Notes: generated by a model not told the origin, from the sequence alone. 64,000 bases of DNA from Phycisphaerales bacterium (GCA_965227775.1 OZ245777.1:960001-1024000), one strand, 5' to 3'. Positions 1-11,050 are shown, counted from the first letter of the stretch. Numbers and translations are program-made.

Positions 1-5
1 CGATC

Positions 6-641
6 GTGTTGTTCGTTTTCATGCAACGGCGCGATCGGCCGTACCGCGCACGACAGCTCGCTTTGCAAGGCCGGTGCCCGGCGTGCTCACACAATCTAGC
101 AACAGAATCCACGTCAACGGATGGCAACACGACGTGCCCCGGCTGCGGCAGCGCATGGCACCTCGAATCCTGCCACACGGCTCAGGCGGCGCTGCGTTCG
201 GCGACCGAGTTCGTGCATGATGATCGTGATCGCAGGCACGTCATGCGCCGGTGGGTGCCGAGCGAGCCCGCCGAGTTGTGGCGCAAGCCGTCCGCGTGGT
301 GGACCGATGCGAAGCTGTGCGCGTTCCGGGTGCTGTTCCTGGTCCTAGCTCTGGCATTCGCGATCTCGCTCGTGTGCTTTCGCTTCCTCGACAACTGGCT
401 GGCGTGGCCCTTCTTCGCCTGTTCTAGTGCGGGGATGTTCTTCCTGGTCCTCCGCGGTGAGAAGTTCGTTGGAGATCGGATCGACAAGATCTACTCTCCG
501 AAGGACCATTGCCGGGTCTGCCTCGAGCCACTCGAGGGGCTCGAGGCAGAACACGACGGCTGTGTCGTGTGCCCGAAGTGTTCAGCGGCGTGGCGTGCGG
601 TTCAGCAGCCGCGGCCGAGCACGTCGAAGAAGAACAGGTAA
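6..641 (+). CDS. Hypothetical membrane protein with two CxxC..CxxC zinc-ribbon modules (probably 5'-truncated at window edge)
   Basis: CPAC..CPGC and CRVC..CPKC modules flank two hydrophobic segments; 3' end overlaps the convergent gene by 40 nt. Confidence 0.6.
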   Translation: MLFVFMQRRDRPYRARQLALQGRCPACSHNLATESTSTDGNTTCPGCGSAWHLESCHTAQAALRSATEFVHDDRDRRHVMRRWVPSEPAELWRKPSAWWTDAKLCAFRVLFLVLALAFAISLVCFRFLDNWLAWPFFACSSAGMFFLVLRGEKFVGDRIDKIYSPKDHCRVCLEPLEGLEAEHDGCVVCPKCSAAWRAVQQPRPSTSKKNR

Positions 642-1570
642 TCGAACAGGTCGATCGCGCCGTCGCCGTTGATATCGCCCCGGGCGTCGCCGGTCTCGAT
701 CCAGTTGCCCAGAAGCAAGAGATCGAAGATCGTGGCCTGGCAGTCGGCGTCGAGGTCGGCCTCGCACGCAACACACGGCAGCGCTTCCATGCCCGAGACC
801 GCGCCGACACCGTCGAGCATGCCGACGAACGACTGCTGGCCCGAGTACGGATCGAATCGCCAGAGCTCGCCGTCTGCGCCATCATCGCGCGAGATGATGT
901 AGAAGCCGACCTCTTTCTCCATCGCGTCCAAGATGACGAGCCCACCGGAATCGTCGAGGGAGCCGGATGGAGAAAGCTCGGCGAGCACGGCCGTCTCCCC
1001 CGTGTCGGGGTCGATGGTGCGGATCGAGGGCGGCTGGTCGGTCGAACGCAGGTCGAGGCCGATGAGCAGGCCGTCGGCGCGCACGTCCAGGCCGGAGATG
1101 TCGGTGGCGGGGGACATCGTGGCCCCGCGTGACGCCCGGCCGGTCGATGGGTTGATGGTGAACAGCCTGCCGGGTGAGCCCGTGCTGGCGCCCATGATCG
1201 TGCCGTCGGCAAAGACCGCGAGGCCGCCCTCGCGTGCGCTGATGCCAAGCCGCCCGCCGCGCGACGCCCGTCCGTTGAGCGGATCGATGCGGTAGAACTC
1301 GTTGTCGGCGCTCGGGGTGAAGCCCAGGAGCTGGCCCGTGCCGTCTCGGGCGAGCCCGGCCAGCGGTGTGCGGCCGGTGGCGCCCGTGCCCACGAGCTCG
1401 ACAGCAGAGACGACCTCGCCCGTGTCCGGGTCGATGCTGTAGAGCATGGTCGAGCCGATCGAGGCGGTGGTGACCACCAGCACGGGTTCGCCCGCACATG
1501 CCTGCGAGAGCGAAGGAACGAACGACCCAGCGAGCACGACACATGCGGCAGCAAGCGGACGCCCGGTCAT
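602..1570 (-). CDS. Secreted beta-propeller-like protein with divergent GC-type dockerin tail
   Basis: Start re-set to MTGRPL (ATG 1570, AAAGGAG upstream); signal peptide; repeated L(Y/F)xIDPxTG blades; C-terminus CEADLDADCQATIFD..GDINGDGAIDLFDYLFFFDVLGRGC. Confidence 0.8.
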   Translation of the reverse strand: MTGRPLAAACVVLAGSFVPSLSQACAGEPVLVVTTASIGSTMLYSIDPDTGEVVSAVELVGTGATGRTPLAGLARDGTGQLLGFTPSADNEFYRIDPLNGRASRGGRLGISAREGGLAVFADGTIMGASTGSPGRLFTINPSTGRASRGATMSPATDISGLDVRADGLLIGLDLRSTDQPPSIRTIDPDTGETAVLAELSPSGSLDDSGGLVILDAMEKEVGFYIISRDDGADGELWRFDPYSGQQSFVGMLDGVGAVSGMEALPCVACEADLDADCQATIFDLLLLGNWIETGDARGDINGDGAIDLFDYLFFFDVLGRGC

Positions 1571-1791
1571 GGGGCACGCTCCTTTCCAAAGCGCCCTGGG
1601 CCGGGGCCGGCCGAAGGCGAACCTCGCCTGCACATCGCTCCTTCGAGTATGGGTTACGTGGCCGCCGCGTGCCGCCTTATTCGGGGGTTGGCCAGCCCCT
1701 ACGTGCCGGGCAATCGGCAGAGCCGGCACCTAGACTGCCCGCTCAGCCTCGCGACCTCAAGATTCACAGGATTCACCAGAAAGGCAACTCC

Positions 1792-3336
<1,545 letters not shown>

Positions 3337-3364
3337 CGGGCGGAATCACAGTTCGGACACTCTG

Positions 3365-3403
3365 AACGCCCTTGCATCGCAGGGGCGTTTGTGGTAGTCT
3401 GCG
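3365..3403 (+). promoter_or_regulatory. Sigma70-like promoter embedded in an inverted repeat (may also terminate lpdA)
   Basis: TTGCAT(3372-77)-17 bp-TAGTCT(3395-3400) with TG extension; AACGCCCTTGC-ATC-GCAGGGGCGTT palindrome; near copy at 4426-4460. Confidence 0.6.
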
Positions 3404-3430
3404 GTGGTCGGAGCCCACGGGAGAGACAGA

Positions 3431-4390
3431 ATGCGATCGATCCAGATTCCCGGACCTTGTGCACTTGCCATTGCGTCCCTTGCTGTGGCCGTGGTGTCCC
3501 CCGCGGGCCTTGCCAGCGATACGGCGCAGCTTGTGGGCGTTACGGCCGACGGCCAAGTGGTGGACATCGACGTCGATACTGGCGCGGCGACGCCCCTATT
3601 CAGCATCGACCAGGGTGGCCCGCTCGCGTTCGATCCGACGACGCAACGGCTCGTCATGAAGCTGAACGATGATGCGGCGACCGAGCTCGTCTTCATCGAT
3701 CCGGTGGGCGGCTTCGCTTCGCCGCCCGTTGGCCTCTCGGGCTTGCCGCCGATGTTCGAGAACGTCGCGACGGTCGATTACGCGGGCGAGTCCGGGCGAT
3801 ACGTGCTGACGGCCGGTCCGACGGGCACGGTATTCGAGGACCGACTCGTGCTCGTCGATACGACGGGCGCCGTGCTCGATGTCTCGGATGACCTCGGGCT
3901 GGGCGACAACGACGGCGTCGTCTGGGATGACCTGAACTCCCGCCTGGTGGTGCACGACTACAACGCGGCCGATGGCCTTCCGCCTGTTGCCAGCGTCGAC
4001 GACCCGTTCGGCACGCCAACGGTCATGCTGTTGGCGAGCCCACCATTCCGCGGAGACGTCGGAGACAGCGCCATCGATCCGCAAACGGGTCGGTTGTTCA
4101 CGACCGGCTTCGATTCGTCGGGCGGTTTCCTGGTGGAGGTGCTGGACTCGAGCTACGTGGACATCGGCGCCTTCGGCACCTCCGAGCAGGTCGTCGGCAT
4201 CGCCTTCGTATGGGATGCGGCATGCCGGGCCGACCTCGACGGCGACGGCGAACTCACGATCTTCGACTTCCTGACGTTCCAGAACCTCTTCGACAGCGGC
4301 GACCCGCGTGCCGACTTCGATGGAGACGGGTCGCTGACGATCTTCGACTTCCTCGCCTTCCAGAACGCCTTCGACGCCGGCTGCCCCTAG
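3431..4390 (+). CDS. Secreted beta-propeller-like protein with GC-type dockerin tail
   Basis: Signal peptide; blade-like repeats; CRADLDGDGELTIFDFLTFQNLFDSGDPRADFDGDGSLTIFDFLAFQNAFDAGCP. Confidence 0.88.
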   Translation: MRSIQIPGPCALAIASLAVAVVSPAGLASDTAQLVGVTADGQVVDIDVDTGAATPLFSIDQGGPLAFDPTTQRLVMKLNDDAATELVFIDPVGGFASPPVGLSGLPPMFENVATVDYAGESGRYVLTAGPTGTVFEDRLVLVDTTGAVLDVSDDLGLGDNDGVVWDDLNSRLVVHDYNAADGLPPVASVDDPFGTPTVMLLASPPFRGDVGDSAIDPQTGRLFTTGFDSSGGFLVEVLDSSYVDIGAFGTSEQVVGIAFVWDAACRADLDGDGELTIFDFLTFQNLFDSGDPRADFDGDGSLTIFDFLAFQNAFDAGCP

Positions 4391-4425
4391 CGCACACCGC
4401 TCTCACCGCTGCAGCATCGAAAACT

Positions 4426-4460
4426 CCCTTGCATCGCAAGGGCGTCTCTGGTAATCTGCG
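4426..4460 (+). promoter_or_regulatory. Second copy of the palindromic sigma70-like promoter
   Basis: CCCTTGC-ATC-GCAAGGG palindrome; TTGCAT(4429-34)-17 bp-TAATCT(4452-57). Confidence 0.6.
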
Positions 4461-4487
4461 CCATCCAAGGACCGGAGGGGACCCACC

Positions 4488-5423
4488 ATGCACCGAAACG
4501 TTGTCACGGCCGCCCTGCTCGCCGCAAGCACGATCGCATTGGCCCAGGCCCGGTACGAGATCGGGTACCAGTTCGATGACGAGCCGGAGGTGGTGCGGGT
4601 GCAGAGCGAGCCCTTCACGGTGTCCGAGCTCTGGCGGCCGCCCTCCGGTGGTGCAACGCAGAGCGTCTTCATCGATCAGACGCAGGTGTTTTGGGCTAGC
4701 CCGACCCTGAACTACTTCCATAGCACGGTCAACGTTGGACCGGAGCCCGATGCCTTTCAGTCCCAACGGCTCCGGTCGGTGCTGACCTTTGACGACCTCA
4801 TCTTCCGATCCGATGAAAGTGAAGACATTCTTGTCGATCTGAACATGATCCAGAGCGGCTTCGCGTTCTCGCGTCCGACCGGGACCGAGTATGACGGCGT
4901 CCAGTACGGATATGAATTGTCCGTGTCAGTCAACGGCCAGGTGTTTGGTGGCGACGTGGTTGTCACGCTGGCCGGCCTGGATGACTTTGTCGTCGATCGC
5001 TCGGGCATACTCGCAGACCTGGTTCACCGCGCCTTTATCCTCGAGGACGTCTCGGTCCCGACGAACACCCCGGTGACCCTCCGCATCGAGTCCGTGAAGT
5101 TCGTGCGTCGCCCCGCCGGCTCTGCCCCGCGCAGCCTGTCCTTTCGCAGTGGCACGTTCGACCCAGGCTTCCCCAGCGAGGAGATCTTCGTCGTACCAGA
5201 CGGCGTCCGCGTCGACTCGATCCAGGCTAACATAATCAACAACCGTTGGCCTGCGTGCTTTGCAGACATCAACGCCGACGGCGAACTCACCATCTTCGAC
5301 TTCCTCACCTTTCAGAACCTCTTCGACGCTGGCGACCTGACCGCGGACTTCGATGGCGACGGGTCGCTGACCATCTTCGACTTCCTTGCCTTCCAGAACG
5401 CGTTCGACGCCGGCTGCCCGTAG
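4488..5423 (+). CDS. Secreted protein of unknown function with GC-type dockerin tail (paralogue of 6625-7575)
   Basis: GGAGGGG RBS, signal peptide ending ALA-Q, canonical dockerin tail. Confidence 0.88.
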   Translation: MHRNVVTAALLAASTIALAQARYEIGYQFDDEPEVVRVQSEPFTVSELWRPPSGGATQSVFIDQTQVFWASPTLNYFHSTVNVGPEPDAFQSQRLRSVLTFDDLIFRSDESEDILVDLNMIQSGFAFSRPTGTEYDGVQYGYELSVSVNGQVFGGDVVVTLAGLDDFVVDRSGILADLVHRAFILEDVSVPTNTPVTLRIESVKFVRRPAGSAPRSLSFRSGTFDPGFPSEEIFVVPDGVRVDSIQANIINNRWPACFADINADGELTIFDFLTFQNLFDAGDLTADFDGDGSLTIFDFLAFQNAFDAGCP

Positions 5424-5512
5424 CGAGTTCTAAGGTTCGATAACAACATTGGATTCGTCGAGCGCCCATCTGTCGGGTGATAGCATGCCTTCTCATGTGG
5501 AGGAGAGAAACC

Positions 5513-6469
5513 ATGAAGGCCCAGTTCGTTCTTGCTGTCGCGGTGGCGTCCCCTGCGCTCGCCGCTCCCGTCCCGTTCCACGATCTCGTCGAAGACAAGA
5601 GCCCGCTGCTCTGGTATCGCTTCGATGAAGCGGTCGGCGCGACCGAGGCCGTCAACCACGGCACGCTCGGCACCGACTTCAACGGCGTGTTCTTTGGCCC
5701 TGTGTTCTTGGGCGATGCGTCGCTGCAGGGCGACACGGCCGCGTGCTTCGAGCACCCATCGCAGCCGTACGTCGAGTCGGCGTCGGACGTGCCCGCGTCG
5801 CTGACCGGCAACCCGACGTTCACCGCCGAGGCTGTCGTGCGCGTGTTTGCCACGCCGCAGAACCCGTTCTATGCGCCGTTCCTGCACTGGGGCGCGCCGC
5901 GGACGGGGCAGTCGGTTTACTTCAGCATCCTGCGCAATGACGAATCGCGTCCATACGTGGGCTTCTACAACGGCGGTGCGGGCACGCTGGACAGCTACGG
6001 CCTCGGCCAGTGGGTGCACATCGTGTGGACGCGCGATTCGAATGGCGGCATGAACGACGACATAACCGGGTCGAGGCTCTTCATCAACGGTGAAGAGGTG
6101 GATATCAGCCGTGACTTCTCGCTTCCCGGTGCTCCGATGCCCGACGTGCAGGTCTCGCCCTTCTACATCCAACGTGCAACGGACTCTGTTCGATACTTCA
6201 GCGGCAACATCGACGAGGTCGTGCTCTACGACCGCTTGCTCAGCGATGATGAGATCCGCGAGCACTACGACGCGCTGGTCGATGGCGCCCGCTGCCCCGC
6301 CGACATGGATGGCGATGGGTCGCTGACCGTGTTCGACTTCCTCGAATTCCAGAACGCGTTCGATCGCGGCGAGCGCCGGGCCGACTTCAACCCGACTACT
6401 TGCACGCCCAACCTGGACATCTTCGACTTCCTCGCCTTCCAGAACGCCTTCGACGCCGGCTGCCCGTAG
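5513..6469 (+). CDS. LamG/concanavalin-like domain protein with GC-type dockerin tail
   Basis: Start MKAQ (5513, GGAGGAG RBS); PLLWYRFDE, GQWVHIVWT, FSGNIDEVVLYDRLLSDDEIREHY are LamG-like motifs; dockerin tail. Confidence 0.88.
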   Translation: MKAQFVLAVAVASPALAAPVPFHDLVEDKSPLLWYRFDEAVGATEAVNHGTLGTDFNGVFFGPVFLGDASLQGDTAACFEHPSQPYVESASDVPASLTGNPTFTAEAVVRVFATPQNPFYAPFLHWGAPRTGQSVYFSILRNDESRPYVGFYNGGAGTLDSYGLGQWVHIVWTRDSNGGMNDDITGSRLFINGEEVDISRDFSLPGAPMPDVQVSPFYIQRATDSVRYFSGNIDEVVLYDRLLSDDEIREHYDALVDGARCPADMDGDGSLTVFDFLEFQNAFDRGERRADFNPTTCTPNLDIFDFLAFQNAFDAGCP

Positions 6470-6505
6470 GGCGGCACGACACACCGGACGGGCAACCAGC
6501 TACTG

Positions 6506-6549
6506 ACACCCGGCCTCGCCCGCGAATAGTGAGGCCGGGTGTTGTCTTG
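6506..6549 (+). terminator. Probable intrinsic terminator
   Basis: ACACCCGGCCTCGC...GTGAGGCCGGGTGT hairpin followed by TGTCTTG. Confidence 0.5.
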
Positions 6550-6624
6550 TGCGCAGCCCGCAACCAGGCCCGAGTGGGCTGGTACGAGGAAGCGGTTCGA
6601 CACGTTCCAACAGGGGAGGCAACC

Positions 6625-7575
6625 GTGCACAAGGTGATGGGAATGGGATTGGCAGCGGTCGGGGCCGCCGGCGCCTGTGCCTCGCTCGCGGCCGGGCAGG
6701 CAAGATTCGAGGCCGGGTACCAGTTCAACGACGAGCCGGTGGTCGTTCGGGTTGCGTCGACGCCGTTCTTTACACAGGTCGAGCGGGACATGCGTGCGCA
6801 GGAGGCGATCCTCTCGTTCCCGTTCATGAGAAGCGCCGAAGCCGGGCTCGCGGACGTACGCGTCACCGCGAGCCGTGGGCGTGGTGGCGGGCCCGAGACG
6901 CGCTCGCAAGGCTGGATCGAGGTGACATTCGACGATCTCGTGTTCGAGTCGAGTGGCAGTGAGCCCATCGACGTCGGCTTCACTGTTCAATACGGCTCCG
7001 GGGCTTTCCAGGTTTGCTGCCCTCAGGTTACCGCAGGCGGGATGTACCGCTCAGAAATGGAGTTCGAGCTCGATGGCGATGTTCGCACCGGTACGTTTGT
7101 CGCCACGGTGATCCCCGATGATCTCTCTCCTCTCATCATTGAGCGGACGGGGATTATCGAGGGAGGTTTCCCACCCGGTGGTCTGATCGAGCTCACGGGC
7201 TTTCGTGTCCCCGTGAACACGCCCGTTACGCTCAGGGTGCGTTCCACCAGATCGATCCAGATGCCCGCAACCGATGATGACTGGCGAGTGAGCTTCTTTT
7301 CCCGTGCAGCGCCTGACCTGGCGCTTGACGAAGATGTCTTTGTTGTTCCTGATGGCGTCACGGTGCAGTCTTCCCAGATCGGCATCCGCGACAACCAGCG
7401 CGTGCGGTGCATCACCGATCTCGACCGAGACGGTGAACTCACGATCTTCGACTTCCTCGCGTTCCAGCACCTCTTCACCGCAAACGACCCAACAGCTGAC
7501 CTCGACTTCGACGGCGAATTGACCATCTTCGACTTCCTCGCCTTCCAGAACGCCTTCGACGCCGGCTGCCCATAG
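6625..7575 (+). CDS. Secreted protein of unknown function with GC-type dockerin tail (paralogue of 4488-5423)
   Basis: GTG start 6625 after GGGGAGG; shares GYQFxDEP, TFDDL, VPxNTPVTLR and FVVPDGV with 4488-5423; dockerin tail. Confidence 0.86.
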   Translation: MHKVMGMGLAAVGAAGACASLAAGQARFEAGYQFNDEPVVVRVASTPFFTQVERDMRAQEAILSFPFMRSAEAGLADVRVTASRGRGGGPETRSQGWIEVTFDDLVFESSGSEPIDVGFTVQYGSGAFQVCCPQVTAGGMYRSEMEFELDGDVRTGTFVATVIPDDLSPLIIERTGIIEGGFPPGGLIELTGFRVPVNTPVTLRVRSTRSIQMPATDDDWRVSFFSRAAPDLALDEDVFVVPDGVTVQSSQIGIRDNQRVRCITDLDRDGELTIFDFLAFQHLFTANDPTADLDFDGELTIFDFLAFQNAFDAGCP

Positions 7576-7731
7576 ACACGCCTGAGCGTCCCAGAATCCA
7601 CGATTGCGAGGCCCCGCCGTCTCCAGCCTTCCCAGCTTGAACGGCGGGCCTTTCAATTTCTTGGGTCTTGCGTGAGTCCGCCGGGCATGTTCCGCTCCCT
7701 TGGAGGATCATCAACCTCAAAGGAGCTCGCC

Positions 7732-9003
7732 ATGACTCGCCTCGCCCTCGCCGCTCTCACCCTTTCCGCTGGACTCGCCTGCTCGGCCAACGCACAGGTC
7801 ATCAACATCCCGCCGGACGACCTTCCGGCCGAGTCTTGGTTCACCGCCAATCCGGGAGCGACCGTTAACGTCGGGAGCGGCGGAGAGCTCTTTCCCGACT
7901 CTGGCGGCACCGGTGCGTTTACCTTCAACGGCGCAACGGTCAACATCGAGCTCGGCGGTGTCTCGGGCTTCCCGACCATCGACCACTGGGTTGAGGACGT
8001 GACGTACAACCTCGACGGTGGCGAACTCATCCGTGCGAAGTTCGTCGGCGGCGTCGGCTCGACCACCCTGAACATCATCGACGGCCAGACCCGCCGCGGC
8101 GTGTGGCTCCAGGGCAACACCGTCTGCAACATGTCGGGCGGCGACGCCGGTCTCGTCGCTGGTGGCCAGGCCGCGTTCATCATCGAAGACACCGCCGAGT
8201 TCAACCTGACCGGCGGCACCGTCGACACGTTCATCCTCGCGATCGACGACGCCACCGTCAGCATCGATGGCGGCACGATCGCGGGTGCCCTGCAGCTCGA
8301 CGACCGCGCGACCGCCATTATCTCGGATGGCTCGGTTGGCCGCAACGGATTTATGAAGACCATCGATAACCGCCTGACGATCGCCGGCGGCACCATCGGC
8401 CGTGACTTTGTCGTCGAGAAGGGCGTGGTTGACATGTCCGGCGGCGCCATGGACCGCAACTGCGCGATCCTCAACGGCAGCGGCGGCGTCGACCCCATCT
8501 TCAACATGACCGGCGGCGCGCTCGGCTCGGAGTTCCGAGCCTATGACGGCACGATCAACATCTCGGGCGGCCTCGTCGGAGACTTCTTCCGCCTCGGCCG
8601 GCCCACCGGCGACGGCTCGGGCGTCACCATGAATCTCACGGTCAAGAGCGCCACGCTCGACGGCGTCGCGATGGACCTCAGCACCACGCCCACCGTGGTT
8701 GGCGTTCGCGGCGGCGTCTTCCTGTCCTGCGTGCTGCTCGACGACTCGGTCGTGGGCTTCCACCTCAACGAGGACCTCGTCTTCGGCGAGGACCGCATCC
8801 GCGCCGCCGCCACCCTCACCGTTGCGCTCGCCGCATGCGACGCCGACCTGGACGGCGACGGCGAACTCACCATCTTCGACTTCCTCGACTTCCAGAGCCT
8901 GTTCGACTCGGGCGACCTGGCCGCCGACTTCGACGGCGACGGCGAGCTGACGCTCTTCGACTTCCTCGCGTTCCAGACCTCGTTCGCGACCGGCTGCGAC
9001 TGA
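7732..9003 (+). CDS. Secreted Gly-rich beta-helix-like protein with GC-type dockerin tail
   Basis: AAGGAG RBS, signal peptide ANA-Q, repeated (N/D)(M/I/L)(S/T)GG units, dockerin tail ending TGCD. Confidence 0.88.
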   Translation: MTRLALAALTLSAGLACSANAQVINIPPDDLPAESWFTANPGATVNVGSGGELFPDSGGTGAFTFNGATVNIELGGVSGFPTIDHWVEDVTYNLDGGELIRAKFVGGVGSTTLNIIDGQTRRGVWLQGNTVCNMSGGDAGLVAGGQAAFIIEDTAEFNLTGGTVDTFILAIDDATVSIDGGTIAGALQLDDRATAIISDGSVGRNGFMKTIDNRLTIAGGTIGRDFVVEKGVVDMSGGAMDRNCAILNGSGGVDPIFNMTGGALGSEFRAYDGTINISGGLVGDFFRLGRPTGDGSGVTMNLTVKSATLDGVAMDLSTTPTVVGVRGGVFLSCVLLDDSVVGFHLNEDLVFGEDRIRAAATLTVALAACDADLDGDGELTIFDFLDFQSLFDSGDLAADFDGDGELTLFDFLAFQTSFATGCD

Positions 9004-9141
9004 GCAGGCCCCCGCCGCAACCGGCCGGTGACACGCAACTCAACTCCCCGGGGACGCAAGGCGAGGCGGCTCCGGGGAGTTGTCACATCTCACAAGCAGC
9101 GAATCTCGGTCGTCACTCCACCTCGCGCTCGCTCGGGCATC

Positions 9142-9411
9142 ATGATGGACTTCTTCTCAGAGGTGTACCAGACCGTCTTCGTTCTTGAAGAAGGAAAGCT
9201 CGTTCCCCTGTGGAAGGAACTCATGAGAGGCCACGGACACGAACACACGGTCCGAGACCAGGTGGTAGAGCTCCGAGAGACGCCGGACGGTGTGATTCTC
9301 GAAGCCAAGACCGGCAAAGACAGCTTGTTCGACCCGAAGCGCGACGAGCCCGAATTGGTCCGACGCTGGATTCTCCGCCCCAGGATGACCGGTCTCGAAC
9401 CCCTGCAGTAA
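9142..9411 (+). CDS. Small hypothetical protein or gene fragment
   Basis: 89-codon ORF with protein-like composition filling the gap before convergent glyQS; no clear RBS. Confidence 0.4.
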   Translation: MMDFFSEVYQTVFVLEEGKLVPLWKELMRGHGHEHTVRDQVVELRETPDGVILEAKTGKDSLFDPKRDEPELVRRWILRPRMTGLEPLQ

Positions 9412-9423
9412 GGTGCTCTGGCA

Positions 9424-10968
9424 CTACGCCTCGAGCTTCTCCGCCAGCCAGTCGCCAACCTTGTCGATCGAGATCCGATCCTGCGCGAGCGTGTCGCGGT
9501 CGCGATACGTCACCGTCTGGTCGTTCATCGTGTCGCCGTCGATGGTGAAGCACACCGGGCAGCCGGCCTCGTCCATGCGGGCGTATCGCTTGCCGATGCT
9601 CTGCTTGGGGTCGAACTCGATGAGCCCCATGTGTCCGAAGCGCCCGCGCAGCTCGCGCACCAGCTTCTCGGCCACCTCGGGCATGCCATCGCGCTGCACA
9701 AGCGGGTACACCGCCGCCTTAATGGGCGCCATGCTGGGCTTGAACTTCATGACGACCTTGCTCGCGCGGCTCTCGTCGGGCGTGAACGCCTCGCACAGGA
9801 GCGCCAGCACGCCGCGTGTCAGCCCCGCGGCCGGCTCGATCACGTCGGGCAGGTACCGCTCGTTGCGCTCCTGGTCGAAGTACTCCAGCTTCTTCTTGGA
9901 GTGCTCCTTGTGCTGGCTCAGATCGAAGTTGCTGCGGTGCGCCACGCCCTCCAGCTCGCCAAAGCCCGGGTGCGTGAACGGCCAGCGGTACTCGATGTCG
10001 TACGTGCCAGCGCCGTTCTTGGAGTAGTGCGCCAGTTCGTCATCGTCGTGCTTGCGCACGATCATGTTCTCGTCGCTCAGCCCAACGCTGTTCCACCAAC
10101 GCTTGCGCTCGGCCACCCAGTAGTCGAGCCACAGCGGTGCCTCGTCCTTGTGGCAGAAGAACTCCATCTCCATCTGCTCGAACTCACGAGAGCGGAAAAT
10201 AAAGTTGCGCGGCGTCACCTCGTTGCGGAAGGCCTTGCCGATCTGGGCAATACCAAAGGGCACGCGCACGCGTGACGTGTCCGTGATATTCGCGAAGTTC
10301 AGGAAGATGCCCTGGGCCGTCTCGGGTCGCAGGTACGCCTTGTCGTCCTCGCTGGCCGTCGCACCGACGTAGGTCTGGAACATCAGGTTGAACGCCCGCG
10401 GCTCGGTCAGCGTGCCGGGCGCCTTCGCGTGCGGACCGACAGCGATCTTCCGCTCATCGGCGCTCAGCGATACAAACGGGCAGGTATCGATCTCGTCGTC
10501 GCCCAGCGAACGCTTCTTGTACTTATCCAGCTTCTTGCGCGCGGCGGCGTACGACTCGTCGTCGTCCTCGACGTGCACATAGATCTGGCCGCTCGTGTCG
10601 CCCTTCTCCCCGATGCAGATCAGGTGGTCGGCGCGATAGCGGAACTTGGTTTCGGTGCAGTCGACCATCGGGTCGCTAAACCCACCCACATGCCCGCTCG
10701 CCTCCCACACCCGCGGGTTCTGGATGATGCTCGAGTCCACGCCCACAATCGACACCGGCTTGCCTTCGCGCATCGGGGGCGTCAGCGTCATGTCGCGCCA
10801 CCAGCGGTCGGCCAGGTTCTTCTTGAGCTGCACGCCCAGCGGGCCATAGTCCCAGAAACCGTTGAGCCCGCCGTAGATCTCGCTGGCCGGGAAGATGAAC
10901 CCGCGCCGCTTGCACAGGCTCACCAACTCTTCCATTGACTTCGCCCCGTCCGCCACAACGTCGCTCAT
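9424..10968 (-). CDS. glyQS: Glycine--tRNA ligase (homodimeric alpha2 type)
   Basis: LCKRRGFIFPASEIYGG, YLRPETAQGIF, GKAFRNE, FRSREFEQME, SIGKRYARMDEAG. Confidence 0.96.
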   Translation of the reverse strand: MSDVVADGAKSMEELVSLCKRRGFIFPASEIYGGLNGFWDYGPLGVQLKKNLADRWWRDMTLTPPMREGKPVSIVGVDSSIIQNPRVWEASGHVGGFSDPMVDCTETKFRYRADHLICIGEKGDTSGQIYVHVEDDDESYAAARKKLDKYKKRSLGDDEIDTCPFVSLSADERKIAVGPHAKAPGTLTEPRAFNLMFQTYVGATASEDDKAYLRPETAQGIFLNFANITDTSRVRVPFGIAQIGKAFRNEVTPRNFIFRSREFEQMEMEFFCHKDEAPLWLDYWVAERKRWWNSVGLSDENMIVRKHDDDELAHYSKNGAGTYDIEYRWPFTHPGFGELEGVAHRSNFDLSQHKEHSKKKLEYFDQERNERYLPDVIEPAAGLTRGVLALLCEAFTPDESRASKVVMKFKPSMAPIKAAVYPLVQRDGMPEVAEKLVRELRGRFGHMGLIEFDPKQSIGKRYARMDEAGCPVCFTIDGDTMNDQTVTYRDRDTLAQDRISIDKVGDWLAEKLEA

Positions 10969-11050
10969 GCGTGACTCCAACCTCGCTGATCGCACCATCC
11001 CGATGCCCAGCGTCCAAATCCCTGTGCCGATTCCCGATGCAGGTTCGTGG

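Noticed and set aside
4225..9003. Recurrent near-identical DNA as a CRISPR array or DGR template/variable repeat
   Set aside because: The repeats are in-frame coding tails about 1 kb apart; no cas genes, no reverse transcriptase, and no adenine-specific mismatch pattern was noticed.
9041..9082. c-di-GMP-I riboswitch (GGGACGCAA core)
   Set aside because: Lacks the upstream GGCAAAC/GAAA tetraloop stem; better explained as a simple inverted repeat.
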